In this document: piece after piece, positions 1 to 9,823 of the stretch
Layout: each line of letters starts with the position of its first letter
Position numbering within the stretch: position 1 is the stretch's first letter
NCBI GenBank assembly: GCA_963755715.1
Contig: CAVWLW010000020.1
Coordinates: 1 to 35,579 of the forward strand
Direction of reading: 5' to 3'
Source: an uncultured delta proteobacterium
GTDB taxonomy: Bacteria; Desulfobacterota; Binatia; UBA9968
Length of the DNA stretch: 35,579 bases
Made by a program: the position numbers and the translations under genes
Notes under the pieces: generated by a model
Told to the model about the DNA's origin: nothing
What the model saw: the letters and a program-made list of their open reading frames with translations, nothing else
The model's database searches: none

Positions 1-470
1 AGAGTGCCCTTACTTCGACATATTTACTTCGAGAAGCTGTCTCGGCCCCAATCTTGGCACAAAGGGAAGATTGTATCTGATGAAGCGAAATTTACTCGCT
101 GTCGTATGGAAGTGATTTCGGTTCTATTCAACCGGATCAGCCTGGATCTGCTGTGGCCGAAAAACCCTTCCTGCCATTGTTTATTTTTCCTTTTAATTTA
201 TTTTGCAGTTGAAGACGAACAAACAACTGTTGCAGCGACTTTCGCGGCCGAGTCGAAGGAAAATTAGCAAGTGGATGGACCATGAGGACAATTCGTGTCA
301 TCGCTCTGCCGGGTCTATTCCTGAGTACATTGCACTCGGGCGAGACGTTGTTGCCACCAACAGCCGACCGCGTGCACGCTTGCCTAAGGACCGTGGAAAT
401 TACCCATGCCACCGTGCGCTTGTCAGTCATATCGAAAAGTATGGCCTCATCGATCTCGCAAGGAGGCTGA

Positions 471-2488
471 ATGGACCAAAACAAACTGAACAGTGAAGCT
501 TGGCCAACGGCTGCGATCGTCATTTCTAGGCTGAACGAGCGGAGCAATAAACGGTTTGCGGTTGTTGGTCTAATCGGTATGGCGATCGACCTTCTCATGT
601 TTCGAATCTTGGTTGCTAAGGGGGTCAATCCCGACTTGTCTCAAGTGGCCAGTTTTTTCTCGGGAGCGATCGTCAATTTCGCTTTAAACGCTCGCGCCAT
701 GACTGCACAATCCGCGGAATCTGGCAGTAGGCTCACGCCGATGCTGTATGGTCGTTTCCTCGTCGTGTCTTTGCTCGCACTGTTTCTTCGTAGTGCAGTT
801 CTCTCGCTGCTGACTAGGACCTGGCACTGGCAACTGCAGATAGCCATCCTGGCGGCAATTCTTACCGGTGCGGCTGTGCTTTTCATCGGCACTGTTCTGT
901 TTGTTGTTCCTGAGTGTTGGTCAAGGGATTGGTCGGCAGGCGAATGGCAGGTGGTCACGATTGCCATCCTAGCTTACGTCTTGGTGCTAAGGGTGGTGTT
1001 CATGCCGTTGGTGGACCTGATTCCGGAGGAAGCCTACTATTGGAACTACGCGCAGCATTTGGATCTAAGTTATCTGGACCATCCCCCCATGGTTGGGTGG
1101 CTAATCTGGCTTTCCACGTCTGTACTTGGAAAATCGGAGTTTGCGGTTCGGCTGCCGGCCTATATCTGCTGGATCGTTGCTGCGCTCTTCATGTTCCGCC
1201 TTACTTTGAATCTCTTCGATAGAACCACCGCTTTTCGGGTCGTCTTGCTCCTCGCGGTGTTGCCGATTTATTTCGGATTGGGTTTTTTTATGACCCCGGA
1301 CGCTCCTCTGTACGCTGCCTGGGCCGGTTCCCTCTACTTTTTGCAGCGCGCTCTCTTCGCACAGGACCACAAAGCGTGGTGCGGAGTTGGCATTTGCATG
1401 GGAGTGGGAATGCTCTCTAAATATACAGTCGTGCTCCTCGGTTTGGGAACCCTGACATTTCTGCTCCTCGACGCGCGCTCCCGACGATGGTTCCTGCGTC
1501 CTGAGCCCTATCTCGCCGCCGTTATCGCTCTTATGCTTTTCACTCCGGTGCTGCTCTGGAACATGAGACACGATTGGATATCGTTTATGTTTCAGGGACC
1601 GGACCGTTTGGCGAGTTCTCCAAAGTTCTCCCTTCATGTTCTCATCGGCTCGGTTTTTCTTCTGCTCACTCCAACAGCGTTGTTTGGCATCGCCAAGGTC
1701 CTCGGCCTCAAAGCGTGGCGAAATCGTCGGGCTCCGATCAGCTCTGGCCGAACGCCGACGATATCTCTGGGCGCTTAGTTTCACCTCAGTGCTGCTATCG
1801 GTATTTGTGATTTACAGCCTGCGCCATCAGGTAAAACTCAACTGGACCGCCCCGGTCTGGCTGGCGGCGATTCCTTTGACCGCCTGGGACATGGTGCCCC
1901 GCCCGCATGAGATCGCCGGCTCGGTAGCGAAATTGATTCGACGATTGTGGCTGCCGACCATCATCGGTCTCCTGATCATCCATGGCGCGGGGTTCTATTA
2001 TCTTTCGTTAGGATTGCCGGGCGCCGGCCCGGTATCTCCGAAACATCTTTTCGCGCCGTGGCGGCTGCTCGGCGAAAAAGTGGCAATCATCGAGGCGACG
2101 ATCGAAGCTGAAACGAAGTCTGAACCGGTTATCGTTGGAATGGACAAAAACTTCATTTCAAGTGAGTTGAGTTTTTACGCTTTTGCGGATCATAAGGGAG
2201 TGACCAACACTGGAGGGCCGCATTTTTTTGGCGAACGCAGCCTCATGTGGGAATTTTGGCTTCCTGCTTCGGCGGTGCTTGGGAGAAATTTTCTCATGAT
2301 CGACTTCGATCGGCGCAGGCTGTCCGACCCGTCGTTATCGCAGCATTTCGACACGACGAGCGACGTGTCGACTGAAGCATTTGGAGCGAGACGGTCGAGC
2401 AGTAGGTACTTTCTACTGGCGGGTTGGCTATCGGTATCACGGTCTTACCGGAAACACGAAGAAGGGTGGAAGTCCCGAGTCCGATTGA
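471..2488 (+). CDS. GtrA-like flippase domain fused to a glycosyltransferase family 39 (ArnT/PMT-like) membrane transferase; split by two apparent frameshifts (about 1700-1715 and about 2380)
   Basis: AGGAGG at 461-466 precedes ATG 471. N-terminal GtrA-like segment (RFAVVGLIGMAIDL...SFFSGAIVNFALN), then GT-C motifs (PEEAYYWNYAQHLDLSYLDHPPMVGWLI, MTPDAPL, GMLSKYT). The protein continues in ORF 1636-2625 (KLNWTAPVWL, SELSFY) and then in the frame from 2381 (LERDGRAVGTFYWRVGY...) to TGA 2486-2488. Confidence 0.8.
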
Positions 2489-2611
2489 ATCCCGCTGAAG
2501 AAGTGCGGCGAACCGGTCTCGTGGTGAAAGGGATCTTTGACGCCGAATTGGTCAAACAAACCGTTTCAAGCGGCATTGGCACACAATCCCACCTTCAATG
2601 GGGACGTTTGA

Positions 2612-2640
2612 TTGACACCCGATAACTGCTTTGTTATCCC
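2612..2640 (+). promoter_or_regulatory. Putative sigma70 promoter overlapped by a GATAAC-N6-GTTATC inverted repeat
   Basis: TTGACA at 2612-2617, 17-nt spacer, then TG-n-TATCCC (weak extended -10). Palindrome at 2621-2638. Confidence 0.45.
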
Positions 2641-2677
2641 CACAGCAGGATTACCGCACGAGGAGAACGATGGTTTG

Positions 2678-3691
2678 ATGCTGCAAAAGTATTTTCAAAT
2701 TCTTACGCTACTAGTGATTCCTTCCATCATGCCCGCTGTCGCCGCCGCCCAGGCGCGCACTAAGATGGTCGTTGGCTACGCTTCGATGAGCTCGGTGGCG
2801 ACGACTTTGTGGGTCGCGCAGGAAAAGGGCTTTTTTGCCAAGAACGGTATCGACGTGCAAACCGTTTTTATTCCCGGGTCGCCGACACTCATTGCGACGA
2901 TCAATACCGGTGACGTGCACTTGGCCTACACCGGCGGCACAGCGACCTTGGGCGCCGCGGTCGGCGGGCTGGACATGAAGATTCTCGCGGCCTTTTCCAA
3001 TCACGTGCAGAATGATTTCGTTGTTCGCCCGGACATCAAAACACCCGGGGATGTCAAGGGGAAACGGGTCGGAGTTACGAGCATCGGCGGTACGGGCTGG
3101 ATGTCGGCGCTGCTGACGATGGAACAGATCGGCTTGAGCGCGGAGCGCGACAAAATCTTGCTTGCCGCCTTTGGCGACCAGAGAGTGATCAGTCAGGCGC
3201 TGGAAACCGGCACGATTCAAGGCGCAGCTCTGGCGGGAGTTTTTAGCCAACGACTCAAACGCATGGGCTACAATTTCCTCGGCGACGTGGAAAAAATTGC
3301 GCTGGTGGGCACGGCGGTTGTCGTCAAGGCGGATTATCTTGCCAGCCATCAGGCACTTGTGCGAAGCGCCTTGCGGGCGCTGATGGAGGGCCAGGGTTAT
3401 CTGCTCAATCCTGCCAATAAAGCGGCGGTGATGGAAATCATGACCAAGAAGCTTGGAATTACGGATTCGGTGTCGGCTAACGACGGCTACGAAGATTATG
3501 TGCGCCGCACCGATCGCAAAGCCGTCGTCAGCATCGACGGGTTAAAGAACATCCAGCGCTTCATGAAGCTGCGCAATCCCAAGATCGGCGATATTAACCT
3601 GGACCGGTTGGTTGACGAGAGCATTCTCCGTGATTTGGAAAAGAGCGGGGTTCTCGAACAGACATTGAGCGTCAAAGGCGCTGCACGCTAA
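2678..3691 (+). CDS. ABC-type substrate-binding protein, NMT1/SsuA/THI5-like
   Basis: Signal peptide ending ...AAAQA; LWVAQEKGFFAKNGIDV and DVKGKRVGVTSIGG are typical of this family. Start moved to ATG 2678, downstream of AGGAG at 2661. Confidence 0.85.
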   Translation: MLQKYFQILTLLVIPSIMPAVAAAQARTKMVVGYASMSSVATTLWVAQEKGFFAKNGIDVQTVFIPGSPTLIATINTGDVHLAYTGGTATLGAAVGGLDMKILAAFSNHVQNDFVVRPDIKTPGDVKGKRVGVTSIGGTGWMSALLTMEQIGLSAERDKILLAAFGDQRVISQALETGTIQGAALAGVFSQRLKRMGYNFLGDVEKIALVGTAVVVKADYLASHQALVRSALRALMEGQGYLLNPANKAAVMEIMTKKLGITDSVSANDGYEDYVRRTDRKAVVSIDGLKNIQRFMKLRNPKIGDINLDRLVDESILRDLEKSGVLEQTLSVKGAAR

Positions 3692-3709
3692 TCAAGAAAG
3701 GATACATGT

Positions 3710-4801
3710 ATGGCGATTGATGGCATGAAAGTGATCGACCTCGACAGTCATCTGGTCGGCGACTTGGAGAGCTGGGAACAAACCGTCGAAGCGAAATATA
3801 AAGAGTTCCTGCCGCGCAAGCTGCCGACCAAAGACAACGAGCGGCGCAAGACGCTGGTCGGCAACCAAATCATGGTCGGTTCCGAGCTCGGCCGGCAAAA
3901 AGCCGAAAAGAAAGAGTGGGTCACCGCAGCCGATCTGACGCCCCAAGGCCGTGTGCGCAACATGGATCTTGACGGCATCGACGTGGCGGTGCTGTCGCCC
4001 AATTCGCCGGCGCTCGATATTCTCTGGTTCGCCGACGATCCGGAATTGGCCGCGGCCTATGCTCGCGCCCAGAACAATTACATGAACTGGTACGCTTCGC
4101 AGCAGCAGGGACGGCTGATGTGGGCCGGGGTGATTCCGCTGCAGGACACCAAGGAAGCGATCAAAGAATTGCACCGATCACGCGAGCTCGGCAGCAAGGC
4201 GCTCAATGTCAAGGCGACGCCGATCCCCGGCAAGGAATGGTGGGATCCGCACTTCGATCCGATCTTCGCCGAATTGGAAAAAACCAAGACGCCGATCATT
4301 TTTCACGACACCAAGACCGGTTCCATGGGACACGAGCGCTTCGCCAATAATTTTTTCTTCTCGCACATGGTCGGTCGCACGATCGAGAGCATGGTTTGCT
4401 TGATGGTTTATCTCTGCGGCGGCATCATGGAAAAGCACCCGGATCTTAAAATCATCTGTCTCGAAACCGGCGCATCGCAAATGCCTTGGTGGCTATCGCG
4501 CATGGACGAGCATTGGGAAAAACTGCCGCATCTCGTGCCGTGGCAGAAGCGCAAACCGTCGGATATTTTCAACCAGAGCGTGTACGTCGGCTGCGAGCCC
4601 TTCGAGGACGGCTTATTCGAATGGGCGGTGGAATATCTCGGTGGTGATCGGCTGGTGCTTGCCACCGATTCGCCCCACTGGGATTCTTCCCAACCCGGGC
4701 AAGTGACCGGACCGGTGGCGAAGAGCACGAAGATTTCCCAGGAGAATAAAAGAAAAGTGTTGGGCGAAAACGCGATCAATTTGCTCGGGCTTGGTTTGTG
4801 A
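3710..4801 (+). CDS. Amidohydrolase_2 family metalloenzyme (decarboxylase/hydratase/hydrolase clade)
   Basis: IDLDSH metal motif, MDLDGIDVAVLSP, PIIFH, CLETGASQMPWWLSRMD, ATDSPHWD, KVLGENA. Confidence 0.88.
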   Translation: MAIDGMKVIDLDSHLVGDLESWEQTVEAKYKEFLPRKLPTKDNERRKTLVGNQIMVGSELGRQKAEKKEWVTAADLTPQGRVRNMDLDGIDVAVLSPNSPALDILWFADDPELAAAYARAQNNYMNWYASQQQGRLMWAGVIPLQDTKEAIKELHRSRELGSKALNVKATPIPGKEWWDPHFDPIFAELEKTKTPIIFHDTKTGSMGHERFANNFFFSHMVGRTIESMVCLMVYLCGGIMEKHPDLKIICLETGASQMPWWLSRMDEHWEKLPHLVPWQKRKPSDIFNQSVYVGCEPFEDGLFEWAVEYLGGDRLVLATDSPHWDSSQPGQVTGPVAKSTKISQENKRKVLGENAINLLGLGL

Positions 4802-4901
4802 TAAGGGTACACACATTCCGATCTTCAGTTATTTACTGAGCGTCGCTAAAGCGGAACAACGTAACGCAGATCAACGGGGATTTGCCAACTTAGGAGATCA
4901 A

Positions 4902-5914
4902 ATGGCTTGTCTCGCGTTAGTTTTCATCGCGATGCTTGGCATTGGCGGTTTGCCGGTGCGTGCTGATGGCGCCGCCGCGCCGCGCAAGATCGTCATCGCC
5001 TACGCGGCCATGAACGCACGAGTCGCGCCACTTTGGGTTGCCCGCGAGCGCGGCTTCTTCGCCAAATACGGCGTGAGCGCCGATACGATCTTTGTGCGCG
5101 GCGCGCCGACTCTTGTCGCCGCTATGGCGGCCAACGAGATCGACGTCGGTTACACCGGCGGCACAGCGGTCGTCGGCGCGGTTGCCAACGGAGCCGATCT
5201 GAAAGTGCTCTCGGCTTTTACCAATCGGGTCACCTATGACTTGATGGTCAAGCCGGGCATCAAGACGCCGGAGGATTTGCGCGGCAAGAGATTCGGCATT
5301 CAAAGCATCGGCGGCACCGTCTGGATGGGCGCTATTCTAGCTTTAGAACATCTCAATCTCGATGCGGAACGGGATAAAATCAATATTCTCGCGGTGGGCG
5401 ATCAGAACGTGCTCGCCCAAGCGCTGGAATCCGGCACCATCGACGCGACGGTTCTAGACGGCGTGCAAAGCCGTCGTCTGGCCGCGCTCGGCTTTTCCAC
5501 CCTGGCGGACTTGAATAAATTTAATTTGCCAATTCTAAGTTCCGGCTTTGTCATGCGCGAACCAAACATTCAGAAAGATCCTCAATTGGCGGAAAATCTA
5601 TTGAAGGCGGTCATCGAGGGCGCGGCGTTTTCGCTCTCGCTGCAGCAGAAACCGAGCACTCTAAAAATTCTGCAAAAATATCTGAAGGTCAGCGAAAAAG
5701 ACGCCGAGGAAGGTTATCGAGACCTTGTCCTGGGGACCGACAAAAACCGTACGCCAATCCCGCCGGCATCACCAACGTCGTGCGCTTGATGAAACGAAGC
5801 AATCCAAAAGTCGAGAAAGTGAGAGCCGAGCAGTTGATCGATGATCGGATACTCAAGAAAATCGACCAGAGCGGCTTCATCGACGAGTTGTTGGCGAAGT
5901 ATGGGGTTAAATAA
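4902..5914 (+). CDS. Second NMT1/SsuA-like substrate-binding protein; frameshift in the A-run at about 5742-5746
   Basis: AGGAG at 4892 precedes ATG 4902; LWVARERGFFAKYGV, DLRGKRFGIQSIGG. Adding one A restores DKKPYANPAGITNVVRLMKRSNPKV...LIDDRILKKIDQSGFIDELLAKYGVK*, which parallels the C-terminus of the first binding protein. Confidence 0.82.
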
Positions 5915-5981
5915 TAGTTCCAGTTTTTGGTTTAGAATCGAGTGGGAAACTTGAAACGAGAAACTGACGAGGAGTACTTGA

Positions 5982-7097
5982 ATGTACATTGACGGCGACA
6001 CGCACTATTGGCCGATTCGATTCATCGACAAAGTCAAACATCCGGGCCGCGGCCACCTCGAAATCGTGGAAGACAAGGGCGACATGGTCCGTTACGGCGA
6101 AGTTGTCCCGGGCAAAGTGGCGACTTATTATCGCGACGGTAAAAAGATTCACTCGTTCAAGGAAGGGCGCTGGAGCATACCGCTGCGCGCCAAGTTCATG
6201 GAGAAGGATGGATTCGACAGGCAGGTGTTAATCCCCGACAATCGGCCCTTGATCTACGAATGCGACCCGGAGCTCGGTCGCCAGCTTGCGCGCGCTTATA
6301 ACGATACCGTGGCGGAAGATATCCTGGGTGACGAGCGTTTTATCGGCTGCGCCTGGATTTACTTGCCCGATATTCAGGAATCGATTAAAGAGCTGCGCCG
6401 CGCGGTCAAGGAACTCGGTTTCCAAGCGGTCAAATTCAATGGCGGTTGGGGCGACGGCGACCTCGACAACGAAGTGCTGTTTCCGCTCTACGAAGAAATC
6501 GCCGATCTCAATATTCCAATCTTGCTGCATCCGGCGGCGCGTGTCTTCGAATTGCAGCATAGCCATCCTTGGCTGGTCGGCAGCGAACGTTTTCAGGGAT
6601 ACCAACATTTTCCCACCGCGCTCGGCTTTTCCTTGACCTACATGGTGAGCGCGGCGCGCTTGATCTTCGGCGGTGTGCTCGACCGCTTTCCGACTTTGAA
6701 GTTCGGTTTCTTCGAGGGCGGCATCGGCTGGGTGCCGTGGTTGATGCACACGCTCGACGCGCACATGCCGAATGAAGCGACAGTGTCGACTGCCGTGCAG
6801 CAATTTTTTGAAGGTAAAAAAGGGATCAAGAAATCACCGAGCGAATATTTCGATCAGTTCTATATCGCGGCGGTCGCCTGGGAATCTTACCTCGCGGATA
6901 CGATTAACGGCTGGCCCAATCACAACATCATCATAGGCAGTGACTTCGACCACGGCGACGCGGTTGCCACTTGGCCGAGAACCGTAGACGTGATCAAGCA
7001 AATGAAGAATCTTGGCGACACGGATAAAGAAAAAGTTCTCGGCGGCAACGCGATGAAAATGTTTGGACTGAATGGAAACGGCGCCGGCAAACACTAA
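5982..7097 (+). CDS. Amidohydrolase_2 family metalloenzyme
   Basis: GAGGAG RBS; IDGDTH, ARAYND, PILLHP, GVLDRFPTLKFGFFEGGIGWVP, GSDFDHGD, KVLGGNA. Confidence 0.88.
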   Translation: MYIDGDTHYWPIRFIDKVKHPGRGHLEIVEDKGDMVRYGEVVPGKVATYYRDGKKIHSFKEGRWSIPLRAKFMEKDGFDRQVLIPDNRPLIYECDPELGRQLARAYNDTVAEDILGDERFIGCAWIYLPDIQESIKELRRAVKELGFQAVKFNGGWGDGDLDNEVLFPLYEEIADLNIPILLHPAARVFELQHSHPWLVGSERFQGYQHFPTALGFSLTYMVSAARLIFGGVLDRFPTLKFGFFEGGIGWVPWLMHTLDAHMPNEATVSTAVQQFFEGKKGIKKSPSEYFDQFYIAAVAWESYLADTINGWPNHNIIIGSDFDHGDAVATWPRTVDVIKQMKNLGDTDKEKVLGGNAMKMFGLNGNGAGKH

Positions 7098-7153
7098 AGG
7101 AGGCGCGGCACAGGGAATGACGTCCACTGAAACAGGTCGCGCGGAGGTAAGTA

Positions 7154-7540
7154 GTGAAGATCGAGAGCATTGATCACGTAGTTTTGACGGTCAAAGATAT
7201 TGAAAAGACCTGTGAGTTCTATTCGAAGGTGATGGGCATGGAGGTCGTCGCCTTTGGCGAAGGCAGGAAAGCTCTAAGATTTGGAACGCAGAAAATCAAC
7301 TTGCAAAAAGTCGGACGCGAGAGCAATTTAATCGCCGATAAACCCACCTCCGGTTCCGGCGACGTTTGCTTTGTCACCTCCACGTCCATCGACGATGTTG
7401 TCGCGCATTTGAATGCTTGCGGCGTCAAGCTGATCGGCGGTCCCGTGGAAAGAAGTGGGGCGAGAGGGTTGATGATGTCGGTGTATTTTCGTGATCCCGA
7501 CATGAATCTGATCGAAGTCTCTCACTACGCGGCGTCTTGA
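7154..7540 (+). CDS. VOC/glyoxalase family protein (YaeR-like)
   Basis: GGAGG plus GTG start; IDHVVLTVKD, FGEGRKALRFGTQKINL, GPVERSGARG, SVYFRDPDMNLIEVS. Confidence 0.88.
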   Translation: MKIESIDHVVLTVKDIEKTCEFYSKVMGMEVVAFGEGRKALRFGTQKINLQKVGRESNLIADKPTSGSGDVCFVTSTSIDDVVAHLNACGVKLIGGPVERSGARGLMMSVYFRDPDMNLIEVSHYAAS

Positions 7541-7669
7541 GCCGTGCCAGCAAGAAGTGGAGTGATTGCATACGGGCCGGGTCGCGACGTTTTTAGATTT
7601 AGCTGGTAACGATTTCGGTCTTACGTCAGTTACGTTAAGTCGGCGGCGCTTTGGCGGAAGGGGGCAATC

Positions 7670-8347
7670 ATGATCACGGCGCGCGCATACTCGGCGCAGT
7701 CCATTGCGTTCTCTGTGTTCTTGGTTGTAGCGCTGCTGGCGCACCGCGCGCTCGGCTGTGATCCGCCGTCGACGATTAAAGATGCCACGCCGGAAGAGAT
7801 CCGCGCCTTCTTCAAGGGCAAGAAAATGAAAGTTCTTACCTTCCTCGGCTACTCCGGCGCTGAGTACGAGAACAGGTCGGCGATGCTTGAGCAAGCCGCG
7901 CGGATTCTCGATACGTTTGACCCCAAGACCACGATCGTGAACATTGGCGCGACCACCGAAGGCATTGGCGCCGTTTACGAGACAGCGAAGCGGAAAAAGT
8001 TCGTGACGGCAGGTATCGTCTCGACCCAAGCGAAAGAAAACCAGGTCAAACTATCTCCCTGCGTCGACATCGTCTTCTACGTCAAGGATTCGACTTGGGG
8101 TGGATTTATGCCCGGCACCGAGAAACTATCCTCGACTTCAACAGCCATGGTCCAAAGCAGCGATGTAATCGTGGCAATCGGCGGTGGCGAAGTAGCAAGA
8201 GACGAGCTGATTGCGGCCAAACGATCAGGTAAGAAAACTCGGTTTATCCCTGCCGACATGAATCACCGGATAGCCCAAGAAAGGGCGCAGAAAAAAGGAC
8301 AACCGGCGCCAACCGATTTTCGTGGAGCTGCGGGGGCTGCGTTCTAG
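7670..8347 (+). CDS. Exported protein with a SLOG/LOG-like (SMF/DprA-LOG) Rossmannoid domain
   Basis: Hydrophobic N-terminus; VLTFLGYSG, IVNIGAT-EGIGAVYE-AK, TAGIVS and AMVQSSDVIVAIGGG-VARDEL resemble the SLOG motif order. Confidence 0.6.
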   Translation: MITARAYSAQSIAFSVFLVVALLAHRALGCDPPSTIKDATPEEIRAFFKGKKMKVLTFLGYSGAEYENRSAMLEQAARILDTFDPKTTIVNIGATTEGIGAVYETAKRKKFVTAGIVSTQAKENQVKLSPCVDIVFYVKDSTWGGFMPGTEKLSSTSTAMVQSSDVIVAIGGGEVARDELIAAKRSGKKTRFIPADMNHRIAQERAQKKGQPAPTDFRGAAGAAF

Positions 8348-8431
8348 ACAACTCGGTCGTTTAGCACCCCGGCGGTTGGCTCACCTGTTCCAAGTACGCC
8401 TGCATGATCACCAAGTGGGCGCGCGGTCGAT

Positions 8432-8884
8432 ATGCCACAATCATCAATAGAGTTCATGCGGCCGAGTCCGCTTGACCGAATCGTCAACCGCGTATTCGGG
8501 TTTCTGGTCAAGATCGGTTTTGGGCTGGCGCATAACTTTCTCCTGGAGGTTCAAGGTCGGAAGAGTGGACGCATCTACGCGACTCCAGTCAATGTGCTCA
8601 CTCATGAGAATAAGAGATATCTCGTGGCGCCGCGCGGCGACACCCAGTGGGTTAGAAATGTGGTTGTCAGCCAAAAGGCGACTTTAGTGAGGGGAGCCAA
8701 GAGAGAAAACGTTCGCATGCGTGCGATCGCGGACGACGCCAAGCCGGAAATCTTAAAAGCCTACGTCGATCGGTACAGACTCACGGTTCAACGATATTTT
8801 CCCATTCCCGCGGGATCACCCTTAAAAGACTTCGAGCCTTTAGTCGGGCGCTATCCTGTCTTTGAGATAAGTTCAAGCGAGTGA
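8432..8884 (+). CDS. Deazaflavin (F420)-dependent oxidoreductase/nitroreductase family (DUF385/Ddn-like)
   Basis: LLEVQGRKSGRIYATPV, YLVAPRGDTQWVRNV and YPVFEI are family signatures. Confidence 0.8.
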   Translation: MPQSSIEFMRPSPLDRIVNRVFGFLVKIGFGLAHNFLLEVQGRKSGRIYATPVNVLTHENKRYLVAPRGDTQWVRNVVVSQKATLVRGAKRENVRMRAIADDAKPEILKAYVDRYRLTVQRYFPIPAGSPLKDFEPLVGRYPVFEISSSE

Positions 8885-8977
8885 CCAGTTTCGTCCTGTG
8901 AAATCCGCTCGACGGTTTATCTCCCCGCCAGGGCATGCCATACTCACGGCGATTTTCGACGAAATGGAGATCCGATT

Positions 8978-9814
8978 GTGCCCCCGCATATTCTTCGTAT
9001 CGACTGCCCCGATGAACCCGGTTTAGTGCACAAGATCACCGGCGTGCTCTACAACGCCGGCTATAATATTCTGAACAATCAGGAATTTGTCGATCTCGAC
9101 GCCAAACATTTCTTTATGCGCACGGCGTTTGAAGGACCGACGGCGCCGGATCGGGTGGTTTCTTATCTCGAGCAAATTTTGCCGAAAGATGCCGTCGTGA
9201 AACTTATGGCGACCGAGCGCCAGCCCATTGTCATCATGGCGACCAGTGAGACTCATTGCCTCGGCGATTTGCTGATCCGGCATTATTCCGGCGAGTTGCC
9301 GGCGGTGATTCGCGCGGTAGTCAGCAATCATGAAAAACTCAAGCCGTTGGTCGAACAATTCGGCATCCCGTTTCACTACGTCAGCCATCAGAATCTCGAA
9401 CGGACGGCGCATGAAGATTTGGTTGCGGATGTCCTGGCCGGCTACGCGCCGGAATACATCGTGCTCGCGAAATACATGCGCATTCTGTCGCCGAAATTCG
9501 TCGCGCGTTATCCCAACCGAATGATCAACATTCACCACTCGTTTTTACCGGCCTTTATCGGCGCCAAGCCGTACCATCAGGCGCACGAACGGGGCGTGAA
9601 AATCATCGGCGCGACCGCGCATATCGTCACCGACGATCTCGACACCGGGCCGATCATCGCCCAGGGCGTGATCCCCGTGAATCATACTCATACCGCGGCG
9701 GCGATGGTGCAGGCGGGGCGCGACGTCGAGAAAATCGTGCTCGCGAAAGCAGTCAAGCTCGTGCTCGAAGAGCGGGTGTTTTTGCACGGCAATCGGACGA
9801 TCATTTTCGAATAG
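8978..9814 (+). CDS. purU: Formyltetrahydrofolate deformylase
   Basis: N-terminal ACT domain (CPDEPGLVHKIT), HCLGDLL, VLAKYMRILS, INIHHSFLPAFIGAKPYHQAHERGVKIIGATAH, GRDVEKIVL. Confidence 0.96.
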   Translation: MPPHILRIDCPDEPGLVHKITGVLYNAGYNILNNQEFVDLDAKHFFMRTAFEGPTAPDRVVSYLEQILPKDAVVKLMATERQPIVIMATSETHCLGDLLIRHYSGELPAVIRAVVSNHEKLKPLVEQFGIPFHYVSHQNLERTAHEDLVADVLAGYAPEYIVLAKYMRILSPKFVARYPNRMINIHHSFLPAFIGAKPYHQAHERGVKIIGATAHIVTDDLDTGPIIAQGVIPVNHTHTAAAMVQAGRDVEKIVLAKAVKLVLEERVFLHGNRTIIFE

Positions 9815-9823
9815 CCATTTTTC

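Noticed and set aside
4-496. Short ORFs 4-267, 203-496 and 282-470 upstream of the glycosyltransferase
   Set aside because: No recognisable motifs, overlapping frames and AT-rich intergenic character; 282-470 abuts the next ATG but has no other support.
7540-8431. Integron cassette array (run of small unrelated genes; GTTAAGT at about 7634)
   Set aside because: No matching RYYYAAC inverse core or attC-like dyad after the stops, and no integron integrase; the only tyrosine recombinase is a typical XerD.
8881-8977. ZTP (pfl) riboswitch ahead of purU
   Set aside because: CGCCAGGGCA resembles the 3' CGCCUGGGCA element, but the 5' GACUGGCG partner and the stems are missing.
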